From IMG/VR virus record IMGVR_UViG_3300050821_004776: a DNA stretch of 64,000 nucleotides; one strand, 5' to 3'. Positions 62,101-64,000 of this stretch are shown in pieces; the first letter of the stretch is position 1, and every line of letters begins with the position of its first letter. Origin of the DNA: an uncultured virus (IMG/VR IMGVR_UViG_3300050821_004776). Taxonomy: Duplodnaviria; Heunggongvirae; Uroviricota; Caudoviricetes. The notes under the pieces were generated by a model. That model made no database searches. It was given only the letters and a program-made list of their open reading frames with translations, and was not told where the DNA came from. The position numbers and the translations under genes were made by a program.

Positions 62101-64000
62101 ACCTGACCGTTGTCAGAGTAAGCGCATACTTGGATTTGTGCCGTGCGCGATGCCGGGCGGGGCATTGTGCGGCCTGTTAGCAACCCTGCCGCAAACATGA
62201 GAAGAAACAGGCCGGCTAGCAGAGAGAGAAACATGATGCGGCTCATGGCGGTTACTTGCTAAGGGGAAGGTTCAGCCAGATTCCGGCGCGTTCCGCCATG
62301 TCTCGCCGCGCGCGGTCAAACGCGCAATCGTCCGTGTCGGCGCGGAAGACAGGGAAGTAGCGGCCTGAATAGTAGGACGCATAGCGGTCATGGGCGTGCG
62401 TTCGCCACGTGACGCAATTACCGGCAGGGTCCATTCCCATGACGACGTATTCGCCTACCGATACGGGGGTAGCCGCGATAATCTGATATCCGGCATTGTA
62501 GGTATCGAGCTTGGGAGTGATCAGCATTTCTGTAACCTCTCGTTTGGTGTGCCGCTGTTGGCGTTGGCAGTCTGGGCTTACCAGCGATGGGCGGTGATCA
62601 AGACGCGTTCGCGTGCAGTGCGTAGCTGTAAGCCGTTACGGCTTCGGCCATACGATCGGGCGCTAGCCGCGCTAGTTCCGCGAGGATACCAGCGGCACGC
62701 GCTTCAATCTTTTTCGCCTCATTGGTCGCCGTCACCCAGTCTGCGGGAAGGTCGGCATCGGACGTACACGCCGCGCGCTTTGCGGCGTTGCGCCACGTTG
62801 CCACGTGATAGCCATCCTCCTTTAGCGCGTGAATGGCCGCTTGGATCATGTCCGGCGTGAGCGGTATTCCGGTTTTCATGAGCGTGATTCTCCCGTATAT
62901 TCCAGCAGGTGAGTAAGGCAGAGAAGGTAAGCCGCGTCGTCGGTATCCTCCGGTATGACATCACTGTCTGGGTCCAGGCACCACGGGCAATCCTCCCCGG
63001 CGGGGTTCTCGCCGCGCGTGGGGTCGTAAGGCACGGTCACGATATCGTCGCCGGTATCGGCTTGATAGCGCGCGTAACTGGCGTCGTCATACCACGCGTC
63101 CGTTCCTGGCATGTCGCTACTTCCCGCTCTCTTGCGGCGTGGCCTTGCGGACCATACGTCGGGTGGCGCGCTTGCGGACGGACCGCGCGCGGGGGTCTGG
63201 GTAGTCGTCATCGCGTTGCATCGCACGGTACAGCGCCGTGCGGCTGAATCGCGTAACCGGGGCAGTCATGGCGTCTAGTCTCCCTTACCTGACCGTAGGC
63301 ACGTAGCCTTGTGCGGCTAGTTCCGCACGCGTGAGCGGACCGGAGTAGCCGCGCCGGCGCGCGTTACGCTTGCGCGCTTCCATAGCCTTACGTTCGCTCT
63401 CTGCCCGTTCCGCTTGCTTGCGGGCATTGAGTTTGCCGATAACCGCTACGGGGTTATCGCGCGATACGAATTTGCCGTTGCCGGCCCGGTAGGCAGTCAT
63501 TGTGAATCCTCTCGATTGGTGCCGCTGTTGGCGGGGGCAGTCCAGACTTACTCCCGATGGGCGACCCTATTTGGCGTCTTTGTCCGCCCAGAGGCGGGTG
63601 ATCTCGGCAACGGTAGCCGCGTCTAGGGTGATGATAGCCTTTCGGCCTTTGACGCTAGCCGGACCGTCCGTGACCGTCGCCGCTACCATGACGCCTAGTT
63701 CGCCGGCGGTGGCGACGTGTGATCTCTCGGCATTGGCTACCCATATCATTCTGCTTACCGGCATGGCCGTGTCTCCTCAGATCAGGTTGCGGATGACGTT
63801 GTACAGGAACTGGTCACAGAACGGGAAAGGCGGGTTGACGAAATACGCCGTTACCTCGTATTCCACGTTCGGTGCGTTGGGCACGGTGTAACGCGCGGGA
63901 GTGTGCGTCTTTTCGCCGATAAGCGCGGCGTTCATTATGTCTATGACTTCATCGATTGTGAGTTTGAAGTCCGTCAGCCCGTGCGTCTGTGACAGCAGTT
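53146..64000 (-). other. Long run of about 25-30 small hypothetical genes (probable early/host-takeover region)
   Basis: Short, tightly packed - strand ORFs with GAGAGG/GGAG RBS; no recognisable domains. Confidence 0.6.
62024..63563 (-). repeat. Three 45-bp start-associated repeats (62024-62068, 62549-62593, 63519-63563)
   Basis: Copies 1 and 3 are identical and copy 2 matches at 37/45; each lies just upstream of a CGAGAGG RBS. Confidence 0.9.

Noticed and set aside
62024..63563. Second CRISPR array
   Set aside because: Copies are 0.5-1 kb apart and separated by genes.
1..64000. Integrase, tRNA genes, cas1/cas2
   Set aside because: None recognised by eye; tRNAscan-SE and HMM searches would be needed to exclude them, and they may lie outside the window.

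Overview
This 64-kb, GC-rich window is part of a tailed actinobacteriophage genome. Its layout is: tape-measure C-terminus and large glycine-rich tail genes (1-12.5 kb); a + strand block of small genes plus a PLD nuclease, a C5-methylase-like protein, a RuvC-like resolvase and a Toprim protein (14.7-23.6 kb); a replication module (SNF2 helicase, SSB-like protein, intein-containing Cas4-like exonuclease, primase-helicase, origin candidate, family A polymerase; 23.7-37.7 kb); lysis and accessory genes (holin-like, endolysin, HNH, LysM-Rpf, GH12; 37.8-43.3 kb); and a long - strand run of small genes including Ku and GIY-YIG (43.3-64 kb). The main discovery is a compact RNA-guided system. A 481-aa TnpB/miniature-Cas12-like RuvC nuclease with intact catalytic motifs (31103-32548) sits between a tracrRNA-like anti-repeat upstream and a 6-repeat CRISPR array starting 7 bp after its stop, with no cas1/cas2/tnpA in the window. 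Two satellite RNA loci lie far away: a natural single-guide (omega-RNA-like) paralogue of the tracrRNA fused to the repeat 3' end at 14556-14675, and an orphan repeat at 42460-42486. One spacer encodes a diverged version of the phage's own primase-helicase, pointing to phage-versus-related-phage targeting. All calls come from motif reading and manual alignment; no database search was run.
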